Of a stretch of 20,939 bases of DNA, positions 8,604-16,775 are shown piece by piece. The position numbers and the translations under genes are program-made. How positions within the stretch are numbered: the stretch's first letter is position 1; each line of letters starts with the position of its first letter. Origin of the DNA: a virus (Duplodnaviria > Heunggongvirae > Uroviricota > Caudoviricetes); the IMG/VR virus record IMGVR_UViG_3300046318_000589. One strand, written 5' to 3'. The notes below the pieces were generated by a model. It made no database searches and was not told where the DNA came from. It saw nothing but the letters and a program-made list of their open reading frames with translations.

Positions 8604-9552
8604 TTGTCCCCCCAATGATAGAACCTAAAAATGAAATTAGGTGAATATCAGGTGTATGTCCTGTATCTATTCTATGGATATAAACAGAAGCATGGAAATA
8701 TATTAAAGACATATTTTTATTGTAAATATCATCATTTTTAAATAAATCTTTTGATGTTTCCGCCATAGATAAAAATTTATCAATAGCCTCTTTATGTTTA
8801 AATGTAACATTTGATTTATACCACGGAATAAACCCCTTAAAATCCTTATTCTTAAAGAAGTTTAACATTTCCCGTGCAATAATAGTAGGGGAGGAAAACC
8901 CACTAAAGTTTAATTCTAACTTACCACCCTCTTTATAAACATTAATAGCCAATTCAAGTGTATTAGTCATTGATCTATAGTCAGGGAGGGTATTTGTTAG
9001 AAGTACCTTAATGGAATCTTTCAAATTATCATCAATTTCTATCCCTGCATTTTTTAACATATCATAACAAGCAAAAGTGGATTTTTGATATACCTCTTTT
9101 TTCTCATCGGGCTTTATGTTAAAGTTTATCGCCTCACACCGTGATGTGGATATTGCATTTTCTAATTTGTTGATATGATTTGTTGTTAAGAGGAAAACTG
9201 CTCTGTTGTTATCGGGAACGCAGTATTCGTCCATAAGGTTTTTTAAAGTTTCCAATGCTTTAGAACTTAGATTATCAACCTCATTTATTATAATAATTTT
9301 TCTCAAGGTTGTTTTTTGATCAATGAATATTCTAATATCTTCTAGGGAATCAACGCCTCTACCACCTTTTGTGGACAAATCTAAATTGAGGGTAGGCATT
9401 TTTAACTTTTCAGATAAAAGTCTTGCCGTTAAACTTTTACCAACACCTTGTTCCCCATGAAATAAAAAACTTTGTATGTTATTCGCTGTTAAATTATCAA
9501 CGATATTCATTATCCTAAAGGGGAGTATCATATCCTTCAGTTGTTCAATCAT
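8596..9552 (-). CDS. gp44: Clamp loader AAA+ subunit (gp44-like); probable start ATG 9552
   Basis: Walker A GEQGVGKS, Walker B IIIINEVD, sensor TTN, SRC arginine finger and PDYR sensor 2. AAGGAG RBS precedes the ATG at 9552. Confidence 0.9.
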   Translation of the reverse strand: MIEQLKDMILPFRIMNIVDNLTANNIQSFLFHGEQGVGKSLTARLLSEKLKMPTLNLDLSTKGGRGVDSLEDIRIFIDQKTTLRKIIIINEVDNLSSKALETLKNLMDEYCVPDNNRAVFLLTTNHINKLENAISTSRCEAINFNIKPDEKKEVYQKSTFACYDMLKNAGIEIDDNLKDSIKVLLTNTLPDYRSMTNTLELAINVYKEGGKLELNFSGFSSPTIIAREMLNFFKNKDFKGFIPWYKSNVTFKHKEAIDKFLSMAETSKDLFKNDDIYNKNMSLIYFHASVYIHRIDTGHTPDIHLISFLGSIIGGTNG

Positions 9553-9624
9553 TATTTGCTCCTTTTGCAATAATCATTATTATTACCGTAACCATTTTCA
9601 CAGTTACGGTTTGTTGTTAATTCA

Positions 9625-9834
9625 TTATTTATTTAAAAAATCATTAACATTTTTATGTATTTTATCAAAACGTTCATCGTTCAAATAAAAAGCTATACCA
9701 ACAGATAACAGTAAAGTTAAACCACTACCAATAATAAATGGTAAAAATACCCAGGATAAAGAAGTTAAGACAATCAGTAGGGATGTCTTTTCCATTGCCT
9801 TATTTAGAATGTAATCAATAAAATTTTTAACCAT
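9625..9834 (-). CDS. Small membrane protein (hydrophobic hairpin), function unknown; probable start ATG 9834
   Basis: Long hydrophobic stretch LLIVLTSLSWVFLPFIIGSGLTLLLSVGIAFYL; fits the operon packing. Confidence 0.5.
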   Translation of the reverse strand: MVKNFIDYILNKAMEKTSLLIVLTSLSWVFLPFIIGSGLTLLLSVGIAFYLNDERFDKIHKNVNDFLNK

Positions 9835-9835
9835 A

Positions 9836-10117
9836 TTAATCCCCAATAAAGTTTAATAAATCGATTTGTTCGATTAAAACATCTTTATACTTTTTGTTTT
9901 TAGCTACTTCATGCTTTAAAGATTTTACTATAGTTTCTGCACCATCTTTACCCAATAAAGGAACGAGAGAAGCATTAACCTCCGCTTTAATATCCTCATT
10001 GAGAGATTTTATTTGTGATTTTAAATCTTCCTGTTCGACAAGATAAGATTTAATGATAGACTTAATATTGTCTATCTGTTCTTTAGTTTGGGGTGTTATC
10101 TTGATTGCTTCCGTCAT
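9836..10117 (-). CDS. Possible DsbA/GapR-like dsDNA-binding protein
   Basis: 93-aa helical protein. LKSQIKSLNEDIKAEVNASLVPLLGKDG resembles T4 DsbA (KISGYNELIKDIRIRAKDELGVDG); the similarity is weak and judged by eye. Confidence 0.4.
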   Translation of the reverse strand: MTEAIKITPQTKEQIDNIKSIIKSYLVEQEDLKSQIKSLNEDIKAEVNASLVPLLGKDGAETIVKSLKHEVAKNKKYKDVLIEQIDLLNFIGD

Positions 10118-10313
10118 CGGTAATCTCCTTTAAGGTTAATTGGTACTTTGGGTAGTCTTTATTCTCTAAGTCCTTAACCAATTCGGTTAAGCCACTAAAG
10201 AATCTCTGCTCTATAGGGCGTAAAGCTTCAAATTCCTTACGCTCAAGAATTACTTTTGTTATGTCACGGTTACTGTAAACACTCGCAATATGAATTAAAT
10301 CCTGTAAATTCAT
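10083..10313 (-). CDS. Hypothetical protein
   Basis: GAGAGGA RBS, its own promoter, and overlap with the next gene. Confidence 0.6.
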   Translation of the reverse strand: MNLQDLIHIASVYSNRDITKVILERKEFEALRPIEQRFFSGLTELVKDLENKDYPKYQLTLKEITDDGSNQDNTPN

Positions 10314-10335
10314 AATTTTCCTCTCTTAAAATCAG

Positions 10336-10364
10336 AATATAACATAAGTTTTACTTAAAATCAA
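10336..10364 (-). promoter_or_regulatory. Sigma70-type promoter
   Basis: TTGATT-N14-TGT-TATATT. Confidence 0.65.
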
Positions 10365-10365
10365 G

Positions 10366-11136
10366 TTATTCTTCTAAAATTGACGGAACAAAACGAATGT
10401 TATTCCCCTCATCATAAAAAGAAACCAATTTAACGTCCCCATCAAAATAATAAACGGTTACATTATAACTGTCTAGGGACATTTTAGATAGTTTTTCAAA
10501 ACTTAAAATAAATTCTAAGTTTACTTGTTCGCTTATATCAGATAACTTTAATGTGTAGCCATTATTGGTTGTTCTATCTCTATTGGAAACTTTTACTGAT
10601 TCATCAGATATTATAAACAATAGAAAATCATTTTTAGTGTGGGCTTTCTTTATTTTTGTAAAATGTTCTTTTGTAAAAATAAATTGTAATGATTCATATT
10701 TCGATGAACTTATCTGTGATATGATACCATTACTGATATATGTATCGTGTTGTTCAATTAGTTTTTTATTAGAGCCAAATTGTCTATAGATAATAGATGT
10801 ATCAGATAACCCAATATTACAAGAAAAAGTATCTCTTTCAGTTATAACAATATCAGTACCACCATCTTTAGTGTCTTGATATTTAATTGTAGGATCTTCC
10901 AACATCTTCAAAACGCTTATGAAATGCTTTGCGTCCGATAATAAAATATCATTTGGAACAGCATTATCAAGTACAAACTCCACCCCTGAGTAAATCAGGT
11001 TATCATTCTCTTGACATTCCAATCGTAGAAAATTCTGATTAAACCCTTGTTTTAGGTGTAGTGTATTACTAATATCCATGTTAAAGTATGTTGCCTTAAC
11101 GATATTATCTATATCTTTTTCTGATAGTCTAAACAA
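10366..11136 (-). CDS. gp45: Sliding clamp (gp45-like), TTG start
   Basis: N-terminus FRLSEKDI...LHLKQG resembles gp45 (MKLSKDT...IMLKSG). It is 256 aa, lies between gp46 and gp44, and has an AAGGAG RBS. Confidence 0.7.
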   Translation of the reverse strand: MFRLSEKDIDNIVKATYFNMDISNTLHLKQGFNQNFLRLECQENDNLIYSGVEFVLDNAVPNDILLSDAKHFISVLKMLEDPTIKYQDTKDGGTDIVITERDTFSCNIGLSDTSIIYRQFGSNKKLIEQHDTYISNGIISQISSSKYESLQFIFTKEHFTKIKKAHTKNDFLLFIISDESVKVSNRDRTTNNGYTLKLSDISEQVNLEFILSFEKLSKMSLDSYNVTVYYFDGDVKLVSFYDEGNNIRFVPSILEE

Positions 11137-11158
11137 TTCAAATCTCCTTTTGTAATTG

Positions 11159-11416
11159 TCATGTTTTCATCTTCCAATAAACTTTTATGGTAGGTATATT
11201 ACAACTAATCCTGTCATAAATTTCAATGCCTAAATTATTAAAAATAACCCATTTATCGGTTGGAAGTATGGTGCGTGAAAAGTCCACCTCAATATCGTAA
11301 GATATTAAAGGCATATTATTTACCATGTCTATAACATCGCTGATGGTTTGACTAGATCCAAACTTTTCAACAAGCTTAGATATAAGTATATCCTTATCAA
11401 TAAGATGTTCAATCAT
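11159..11416 (-). CDS. Hypothetical protein
   Basis: Start overlaps the gp46 stop, suggesting translational coupling; no recognisable motif. Confidence 0.55.
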   Translation of the reverse strand: MIEHLIDKDILISKLVEKFGSSQTISDVIDMVNNMPLISYDIEVDFSRTILPTDKWVIFNNLGIEIYDRISCNIPTIKVYWKMKT

Positions 11417-13409
11417 TCTCTGATTCCAAATGCGTGAAGTTATTTTTCATAGTAAAAGTCAATACTTTATCAAAAAACCCTTGATATTTATTAAAGTTAT
11501 GATCAATAACAATCGTAATAATATCTTGGTGGTCGTTTTTGATAAAATCAAATATATTTTCTATACCATCATCGTCTATATGGTCTAGCATATCATCTAA
11601 AAATAACACATTAAAAGAGGCGTAATTTTTAGCTTTGGCAATATCACGAAACGCAAACATAATGGATAAATCTACCCGTTTACGTTGTCCTATAGATAGG
11701 TTTTCATAAGAACATTCCAATCTATAGTCTTTTTTTAGAACCTCATCGAAGTTCTTATCCATTTCAAAATACAGGAAAAGATTTAATTTGTCAAGATAAT
11801 AATTTATTCTTTCGTTCAAAAAAGGAATATACATATCAATAATATTTGCCTTAATACCCTTATCTTCCAAAGCAGATATAACAACATTCTTATGATTTAA
11901 ATCAATATTTAAAGTATCAAGAACTTGTCCTAAGGCTAATAATTCTTCCTCATCTTTTTTAATACTGTTTTCTAAATCGTCAAATCCTTTGCTTTGATAT
12001 TCCCCCAAAGTCTTTTTCTTCATGTCAATATTAAGATTAATCTCATAAAGATAATCTTTTGCACACAAGACGCTTAATCTTTCTTTCAATACATGAATAG
12101 CGTTATCTTTAATACTATCCAAATCTTTCTCTTTCAATATACTGATACTATTAGTAATATTGGTGATTTGTTGTTTCAGATTTTGGATGGTGTTTTTTCT
12201 TTGACTATAAGCATCAATATCATTTTTAAGAATGTTAAGATTTTCCTTATGTTTTTCCAATAAGGTTTCATAAGATAGTATGGAATCTCTTTTTATTTTA
12301 TAAGAGCTTAATAGGTTTTCTCTTTCGATAGTTAAGTGTGTTTTTAAACTGTCATCAGATAGCTTATTTTTACACATAGGACAGGTGGAACTTGTAGATA
12401 GGTTGTCTAGTTGCTCTTTTATTTTCTTGCCGTTCTGCGTCAATATATTTAAGTCTAATTGCATCTTTGCGTGGGATTGTATCATATTGTTGAGGGTAGT
12501 ATTATCATCCCTTAATTTATCATTTAGATTTTTATATTCTCCCTCGTTAAATGATAAGTTTTCCAACTGATCTTGCAAATCTTGCAATACAATTTCATTA
12601 TCTCTAATCTGTTGATTTAGTTTGTCCTGTTCATCTTTGTTGGATTGATTCGTTAGGAAGGATATTTCTTTTTCTAAATTTGATATATCCAATATTTTTT
12701 TATCATTAAATTTTGGTATTTCTATATCAGTTAATCGTATTATATCATTTTTAAGCGTTTCTATGGCTTGTTTATTTTCGTTAATACTTTTAACTAATCT
12801 TTCTTTATCCCTGTATATGTAGGTTTTTTTAGTGTTAAAATGTATTTCTTGTTCGGATATTTTTTTCTTTAATTCCTTTAAATCTTCCTTGGCAATTTTT
12901 TGCATTTCTGAAAACAATTCTATATCGAGGATATTTTCGATAAAGGTGCGTCTTTCATTTTTTGATAGATTTAGAAAGGCTACATAATTTACAAAGCTGA
13001 TTGCCAATAATTGATAGAATGTTTTATAATCACACCCAATAATATCTGTTATTTTTTTATCTAGGATATTTTTATGCGAATCCTCCTCTAGGAAAACACC
13101 GTCAATACTAATTTTTAAAATATCAGGTTTCATTCCTCTTTCTATATAAATTTGTTTCCCATTAACTAAAAGATTTAATTTTACAAGCAATTCTTTTTTA
13201 TTAATAAAATTTATAATATCAGTTTTTTTCACTGAGCGATCAATTCTACCAAATAATGCAAAAGAAAGGGCAGATAGCACAGTTGATTTGCCTGTACCAT
13301 TCTCCCCTGTGATTAATGCGGAAGAATTAAAATCAATAGTTATTGGATTATTCCCCACCGATAAGATATTTTGGTATGTAATTGATATTAATTTTACATT
13401 ATGGTTCAT
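11409..13409 (-). CDS. gp46: Rad50/SbcC-like recombination ATPase (gp46)
   Basis: Walker A GENGTGKS, Q-loop YQL, coiled coil with zinc hook CPMC (12372-12383), signature LSIGQ, Walker B LFLDD and H-loop IDH. Confidence 0.93.
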   Translation of the reverse strand: MNHNVKLISITYQNILSVGNNPITIDFNSSALITGENGTGKSTVLSALSFALFGRIDRSVKKTDIINFINKKELLVKLNLLVNGKQIYIERGMKPDILKISIDGVFLEEDSHKNILDKKITDIIGCDYKTFYQLLAISFVNYVAFLNLSKNERRTFIENILDIELFSEMQKIAKEDLKELKKKISEQEIHFNTKKTYIYRDKERLVKSINENKQAIETLKNDIIRLTDIEIPKFNDKKILDISNLEKEISFLTNQSNKDEQDKLNQQIRDNEIVLQDLQDQLENLSFNEGEYKNLNDKLRDDNTTLNNMIQSHAKMQLDLNILTQNGKKIKEQLDNLSTSSTCPMCKNKLSDDSLKTHLTIERENLLSSYKIKRDSILSYETLLEKHKENLNILKNDIDAYSQRKNTIQNLKQQITNITNSISILKEKDLDSIKDNAIHVLKERLSVLCAKDYLYEINLNIDMKKKTLGEYQSKGFDDLENSIKKDEEELLALGQVLDTLNIDLNHKNVVISALEDKGIKANIIDMYIPFLNERINYYLDKLNLFLYFEMDKNFDEVLKKDYRLECSYENLSIGQRKRVDLSIMFAFRDIAKAKNYASFNVLFLDDMLDHIDDDGIENIFDFIKNDHQDIITIVIDHNFNKYQGFFDKVLTFTMKNNFTHLESEND

Positions 13410-13444
13410 TTTAATCCTGACGTTTGTATTTTTTTCTTTAATAA

Positions 13445-13479
13445 TAAAAAAAGAACAAGATTTTTACTTCTTGTTCTTT
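13445..13479 (-). terminator. Intrinsic terminator of the Ro60 cassette
   Basis: Stem AAGAACAAGA/TCTTGTTCTT (13451-13460 and 13469-13478) followed by a U-tract on the minus strand, just after the Ro60 stop. Confidence 0.75.
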
Positions 13480-13482
13480 AAG

Positions 13483-13511
13483 ATATTATCATAAAATAAT
13501 TTTTTAGTCAA
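13483..13511 (-). promoter_or_regulatory. Probable promoter for gp46, initiating inside the terminator hairpin
   Basis: TTGACT-N14-TGA-TAATAT. The predicted +1 (~13476) removes part of the terminator 5' arm. Confidence 0.5.
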
Positions 13512-15027
13512 TAGATTTTTCATATTCCTCAATGTAATCAATAATCTTATCGGAGAACCCATTAATATGAATCCAATTTCCATTATATCCGACACCGTTT
13601 TTATTGGTGGAAACATTTATCATGTAGGATTTTTTACACGTTGGTTGTGGTACGCTATCATTACTTTGTTCATCTGTAATAACAATAAGTCTATCAATAT
13701 CAAGATTATTAATTTCACCAATAGATTTTCCTAAATAGGTACTTTCGTTTCTATGTTTACAAGCTTTCATAAGTTTAAAACCTTGCAGATTTTTCGATAA
13801 ACGGCGTGTAATCTCTCCATTAACCTTATCAATAATTCTTTCTATGTCATAATTAATTCGATTTATGTACCCATATAAAGAAAATAATTCTTTTAATATA
13901 TCACTTTTTAATGCAGTAGCCTCTTTATCGGTTGCGGATTTTAAGAATATTTTATCAACATCAATTTCATTGTATCCAATAGTTTCTATAATAATATTTA
14001 CTGATTCAATAAATCCTTCATAAGTAATATATTTATTTCTTTCATCTCCAAATATTCTAACTTCTAAATCATCAAATTTTTCACGGGCAATCATTGCTAA
14101 TCCCCCAGCATTTTTCTCCTCACTACCCAGCATAGAACCACTAACATCAACTAATAGTAAAGTTTTACCGTACAGTTTCTCTTTATTAGAGAATAACTCA
14201 ATAAATTTTCTCTCTAAGTCATACTCAAATTGTGGAGTAATATCGTAAGCTTTAATAAAATTGATCGGTAAAAGTTTTGGGTCTTGTATTTGTGAAATTG
14301 CCTTACTAATACCATCATACCCAACAGTTTCCATGTTGCGTAGATTTCGCAGTGTTGCCAAACCACCTAACTGTTTATTATCTAATAAATCTTGCCACAC
14401 AGCACGTTTTTCTTCAGTGGTTTTGCACGCTGAATATCTAACTTCCCATGTGTTTGGTGTAGATAATGTATCAGTAACTATTTTTTTGAATAATTCTTTT
14501 TCAATATCGTTTTTAGGTTTTGGGTGGGTAAGGTTTATAATATCAAAAATATTGTATTCTTTTTTAGAGCCTTTGTATTTAGAGAATTGATATTCATTGA
14601 ACTTAGAAAAACAATCTGCAATCCCTCTAAGTAATCCTCGTGTAAATTTCTTTTTACTATCATCTCTACGATATATAGCTAGAAGTTCCCCCAAATCGTC
14701 CAAGCGATTTACTACTTGAGGAACAATCTTTCTTATTGGATAACCGTTCTCCGATAACAAAGAAATCAAATAGAGAGGAACGTGCCTTAATTTCATAGTA
14801 TGTTTTGCTTCAATGGCAACCTCTATTACAATTTCAGGATCAATATGCTTTACTAAATCTTTAATTCTATCTGCAACGGAAACACCAGATTCATAGAAAT
14901 TGTTTTCCCATAACATGCAGGACATGACTGTACGGCGTAATTGTTGCACATAATTAATTTTTACAGCTTTACCACCATTTTCAGTGAAAATAGTGGGGTA
15001 TTTAATTTTTTTATTTAAAGATGACAT
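13504..15027 (-). CDS. rsr: Ro60/TROVE-domain RNA-binding protein with vWA (MIDAS) domain
   Basis: LRRTVMSCMLWENNFYESG, KLRHVPL, FNEYQFSKY, LTHPKP, TPNTWEV and LGGLATLRNLRNM (TROVE). DVSGS...STYLG...ITDEQ form the MIDAS, followed by YMINV, GVGY and INGFSD. Y RNAs lie directly upstream. Confidence 0.93.
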   Translation of the reverse strand: MSSLNKKIKYPTIFTENGGKAVKINYVQQLRRTVMSCMLWENNFYESGVSVADRIKDLVKHIDPEIVIEVAIEAKHTMKLRHVPLYLISLLSENGYPIRKIVPQVVNRLDDLGELLAIYRRDDSKKKFTRGLLRGIADCFSKFNEYQFSKYKGSKKEYNIFDIINLTHPKPKNDIEKELFKKIVTDTLSTPNTWEVRYSACKTTEEKRAVWQDLLDNKQLGGLATLRNLRNMETVGYDGISKAISQIQDPKLLPINFIKAYDITPQFEYDLERKFIELFSNKEKLYGKTLLLVDVSGSMLGSEEKNAGGLAMIAREKFDDLEVRIFGDERNKYITYEGFIESVNIIIETIGYNEIDVDKIFLKSATDKEATALKSDILKELFSLYGYINRINYDIERIIDKVNGEITRRLSKNLQGFKLMKACKHRNESTYLGKSIGEINNLDIDRLIVITDEQSNDSVPQPTCKKSYMINVSTNKNGVGYNGNWIHINGFSDKIIDYIEEYEKSID

Positions 15028-15063
15028 TTTTTAACTTTCCGAGAAATGCTACGTTGCTAATAA

Positions 15064-15214
15064 TTTATTAGAAATAGAGAAAATAAAACACAGTCTAAAA
15101 TGCTGACGCTCTACCCCTGAGCTACATCCCCATAAAAATAGAGAGGATGGTATCGAACCATCGTCCTTCAGCGAGCCATAAGTATCTGTGTTTATCGCAA
15201 CTACTTCTAATAAA
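15064..15214 (-). ncRNA. yrlA: YrlA-like Y RNA (circularly permuted tRNA mimic)
   Basis: Minus strand order: basal stem TTTATTAGAAGTAG/CTATTTCTAATAAA; AAACACAG/CTGTGTTT; anticodon-stem equivalent GCTGA/TCAGC; variable loop AGGAC; T-arm GATGG-TTCGATA-CCATC; acceptor stem closed by a U-loop; D-arm TA-GCTC-AGGGGTA-GAGC. Confidence 0.88.
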
Positions 15215-15268
15215 AGTACACCCCCTGCACAAGAAATAAAATTTAGGAATGTACTTTTATTAGAAGTA
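15202..15268. repeat. Perfect 19-bp inverted repeat between the two Y RNAs
   Basis: TACTTCTAATAAAAGTACA (15202-15220) and TGTACTTTTATTAGAAGTA (15250-15268). Confidence 0.9.
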
Positions 15269-15351
15269 TCTTCAGGGAAAGTTAGAAACGGAAATGCACC
15301 AAGGTGCGATATAGAAAAATATAAGTAACCGTTTCTTTCGCCACTGAAGAT
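15268..15351 (-). ncRNA. Second Y RNA (YrlB-like, no tRNA module)
   Basis: Terminal stem ATCTTCAG/CTGAAGAT. The 5' strand GGCGAAAG fits the bacterial Ro-binding motif GNCGAAN0-1G with a bulged C. It also has AAACGG/CCGTTT, a pyrimidine-rich loop and a GCAC-CTTG-GTGC hairpin. The 5' end coincides with the predicted +1. Confidence 0.8.
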
Positions 15352-15357
15352 GTTATT

Positions 15358-15386
15358 ATAATAACAAATTATTTATCTTATGTCAA
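15358..15386 (-). promoter_or_regulatory. Sigma70-type promoter of the Y RNA-Ro60 cassette
   Basis: TTGACA-N14-TGT-TATTAT, 3 nt after the gp47 stop; +1 ~15351. Confidence 0.8.
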
Positions 15387-15389
15387 CAA

Positions 15390-16439
15390 CTATTTTGTCA
15401 TTGATGAAGATTTTTCATAGTAATGTAATAAATATCTATAAACTATCTCATTATTAATACCATTCACTTCGATTTTCTTTGAGTAATCCTGAATAATATC
15501 AATGACAGATTTTTGGGGAGCATCCATGCTGTATTGTAAATCAATATCTCTCTTTATTTTATTTTCATTTTCATAGATAATAACACTTAGGGGCTTCATT
15601 TCTCGTATCATTTCTAAACAACTTTCAACGGTCTTATCATCAACACCAAGTGCAACCTTCACATAAACCTTTTTATTAAAACAATCAACTAATTGAAAAT
15701 CATTGTCAATAGTAATATCCACCATGGTATTAACGCCGTGATGATGTTGTTCCAATACATGATTAACCGTATCAAGAAATCCTATCTTTTTAGAATCGTT
15801 CCTATCGTCCTTTTTATGCTGTATTAAGCATCCTAAATATACAATATTGCCAATGGTAGAACCATAATGAATATGCCCTGATATAACGTTTTTGAAGTGT
15901 TTAAATTCAGTGGTGGATATGCCTTTTGATAAGTATGTATCATTGGGGTGTTGTTTAAATCCACCAAATTCAAAATGTCCAATGCAATATTCCATCTTGG
16001 TATTTTTAACCATATCCATGATATTTTCTCTATTATCTTCCGTTATCCATGGAACGAATAATATGTTATCTTTTTCTAAAGGTTCATCAACAATAGTTAT
16101 TCTATCGGAATTGAACATATCATTAAAAATATGCAGGGAATTTACCTTATTAGTATTTTTATAATACACATCGTGATTACCCGTAATCATAATAATACTA
16201 AACTCTTTATACTGCGATAAGAAACTATCCAATAAGTTTTTAATGAATAATACGGATTTCATGTCGGGGGAAGTTCTGCTTTCAAAAATATCCCCCAAAA
16301 ATATAATCGTATCAGCCCCCTTATCAAACATAAGAGGAACTACTTTATCATATATGATTTTTCTAAAAGCCTCATGGTAAAAATCAGAATTACCTTTATG
16401 GAAGTCTATGTGAGTATCTGGAATCAGAATCGTTTTCAT
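15390..16439 (-). CDS. gp47: Mre11/SbcD-like nuclease (gp47)
   Basis: Metallophosphoesterase motifs DTH, GDIFE, GNHD, GHFE and GHIH. Confidence 0.93.
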   Translation of the reverse strand: MKTILIPDTHIDFHKGNSDFYHEAFRKIIYDKVVPLMFDKGADTIIFLGDIFESRTSPDMKSVLFIKNLLDSFLSQYKEFSIIMITGNHDVYYKNTNKVNSLHIFNDMFNSDRITIVDEPLEKDNILFVPWITEDNRENIMDMVKNTKMEYCIGHFEFGGFKQHPNDTYLSKGISTTEFKHFKNVISGHIHYGSTIGNIVYLGCLIQHKKDDRNDSKKIGFLDTVNHVLEQHHHGVNTMVDITIDNDFQLVDCFNKKVYVKVALGVDDKTVESCLEMIREMKPLSVIIYENENKIKRDIDLQYSMDAPQKSVIDIIQDYSKKIEVNGINNEIVYRYLLHYYEKSSSMTK

Positions 16440-16690
16440 ATATTTAATCCCTCAGACAAATCCAATTCTATTTTTTCTTCGTTTATCATTGTGGATAATA
16501 ATTCATTGACAGTATCAACTATTTTTGAACGCTTTTTTAAACAAGCATCTTTAAAAGTAGCTTTTAATTTATTTTTAGATTCCTCATCCATAAATGATAT
16601 TTCGTCAACCTTATTTCTCTCGTCTAAAATAAGTTGTAGGTTTAAAACTTCTTGTAACATAATCTCTTTAAGTTCGGTAGTTTTGCACAT
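16436..16690 (-). CDS. Hypothetical helical protein; probable start ATG 16690
   Basis: AAAGGAG RBS before MCKTT. The stop overlaps the gp47 start (ATGA). The longer ORF-track start lies inside the promoter. Confidence 0.6.
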   Translation of the reverse strand: MCKTTELKEIMLQEVLNLQLILDERNKVDEISFMDEESKNKLKATFKDACLKKRSKIVDTVNELLSTMINEEKIELDLSEGLNI

Positions 16691-16713
16691 AATTTTCTCC
16701 TTTATGAAAGGAT

Positions 16714-16742
16714 AATTTAACATAATTAAACAGTTTTGTCAA
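16714..16742 (-). promoter_or_regulatory. Sigma70-type promoter of the gp47 operon
   Basis: TTGACA-N14-TGT-TAAATT, immediately after a terminator. Confidence 0.7.
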
Positions 16743-16744
16743 TG

Positions 16745-16775
16745 AAAAACCCCATCAGTAAATAACTAATGGGGT
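16745..16775 (-). terminator. Intrinsic terminator of the intergenic RNA
   Basis: ACCCCATTAG-loop-CTGATGGGGT followed by TTTTC on the minus strand. Confidence 0.75.

Noticed and set aside
9585-9610. Terminator upstream of gp44 (ACCGTAAC/GTTACGGT hairpin)
   Set aside because: The hairpin is real, but there is no U-tract on the coding strand, so its function cannot be assigned.
13804-14043. Intein in Ro60
   Set aside because: No N-terminal Cys/Ser block A, no TxxH and no terminal HN/HQ before a nucleophile.
15102-15172. tRNA gene
   Set aside because: The T-arm comes before the D-arm, and there is no anticodon loop or CCA end. It is better explained as a YrlA-type mimic.
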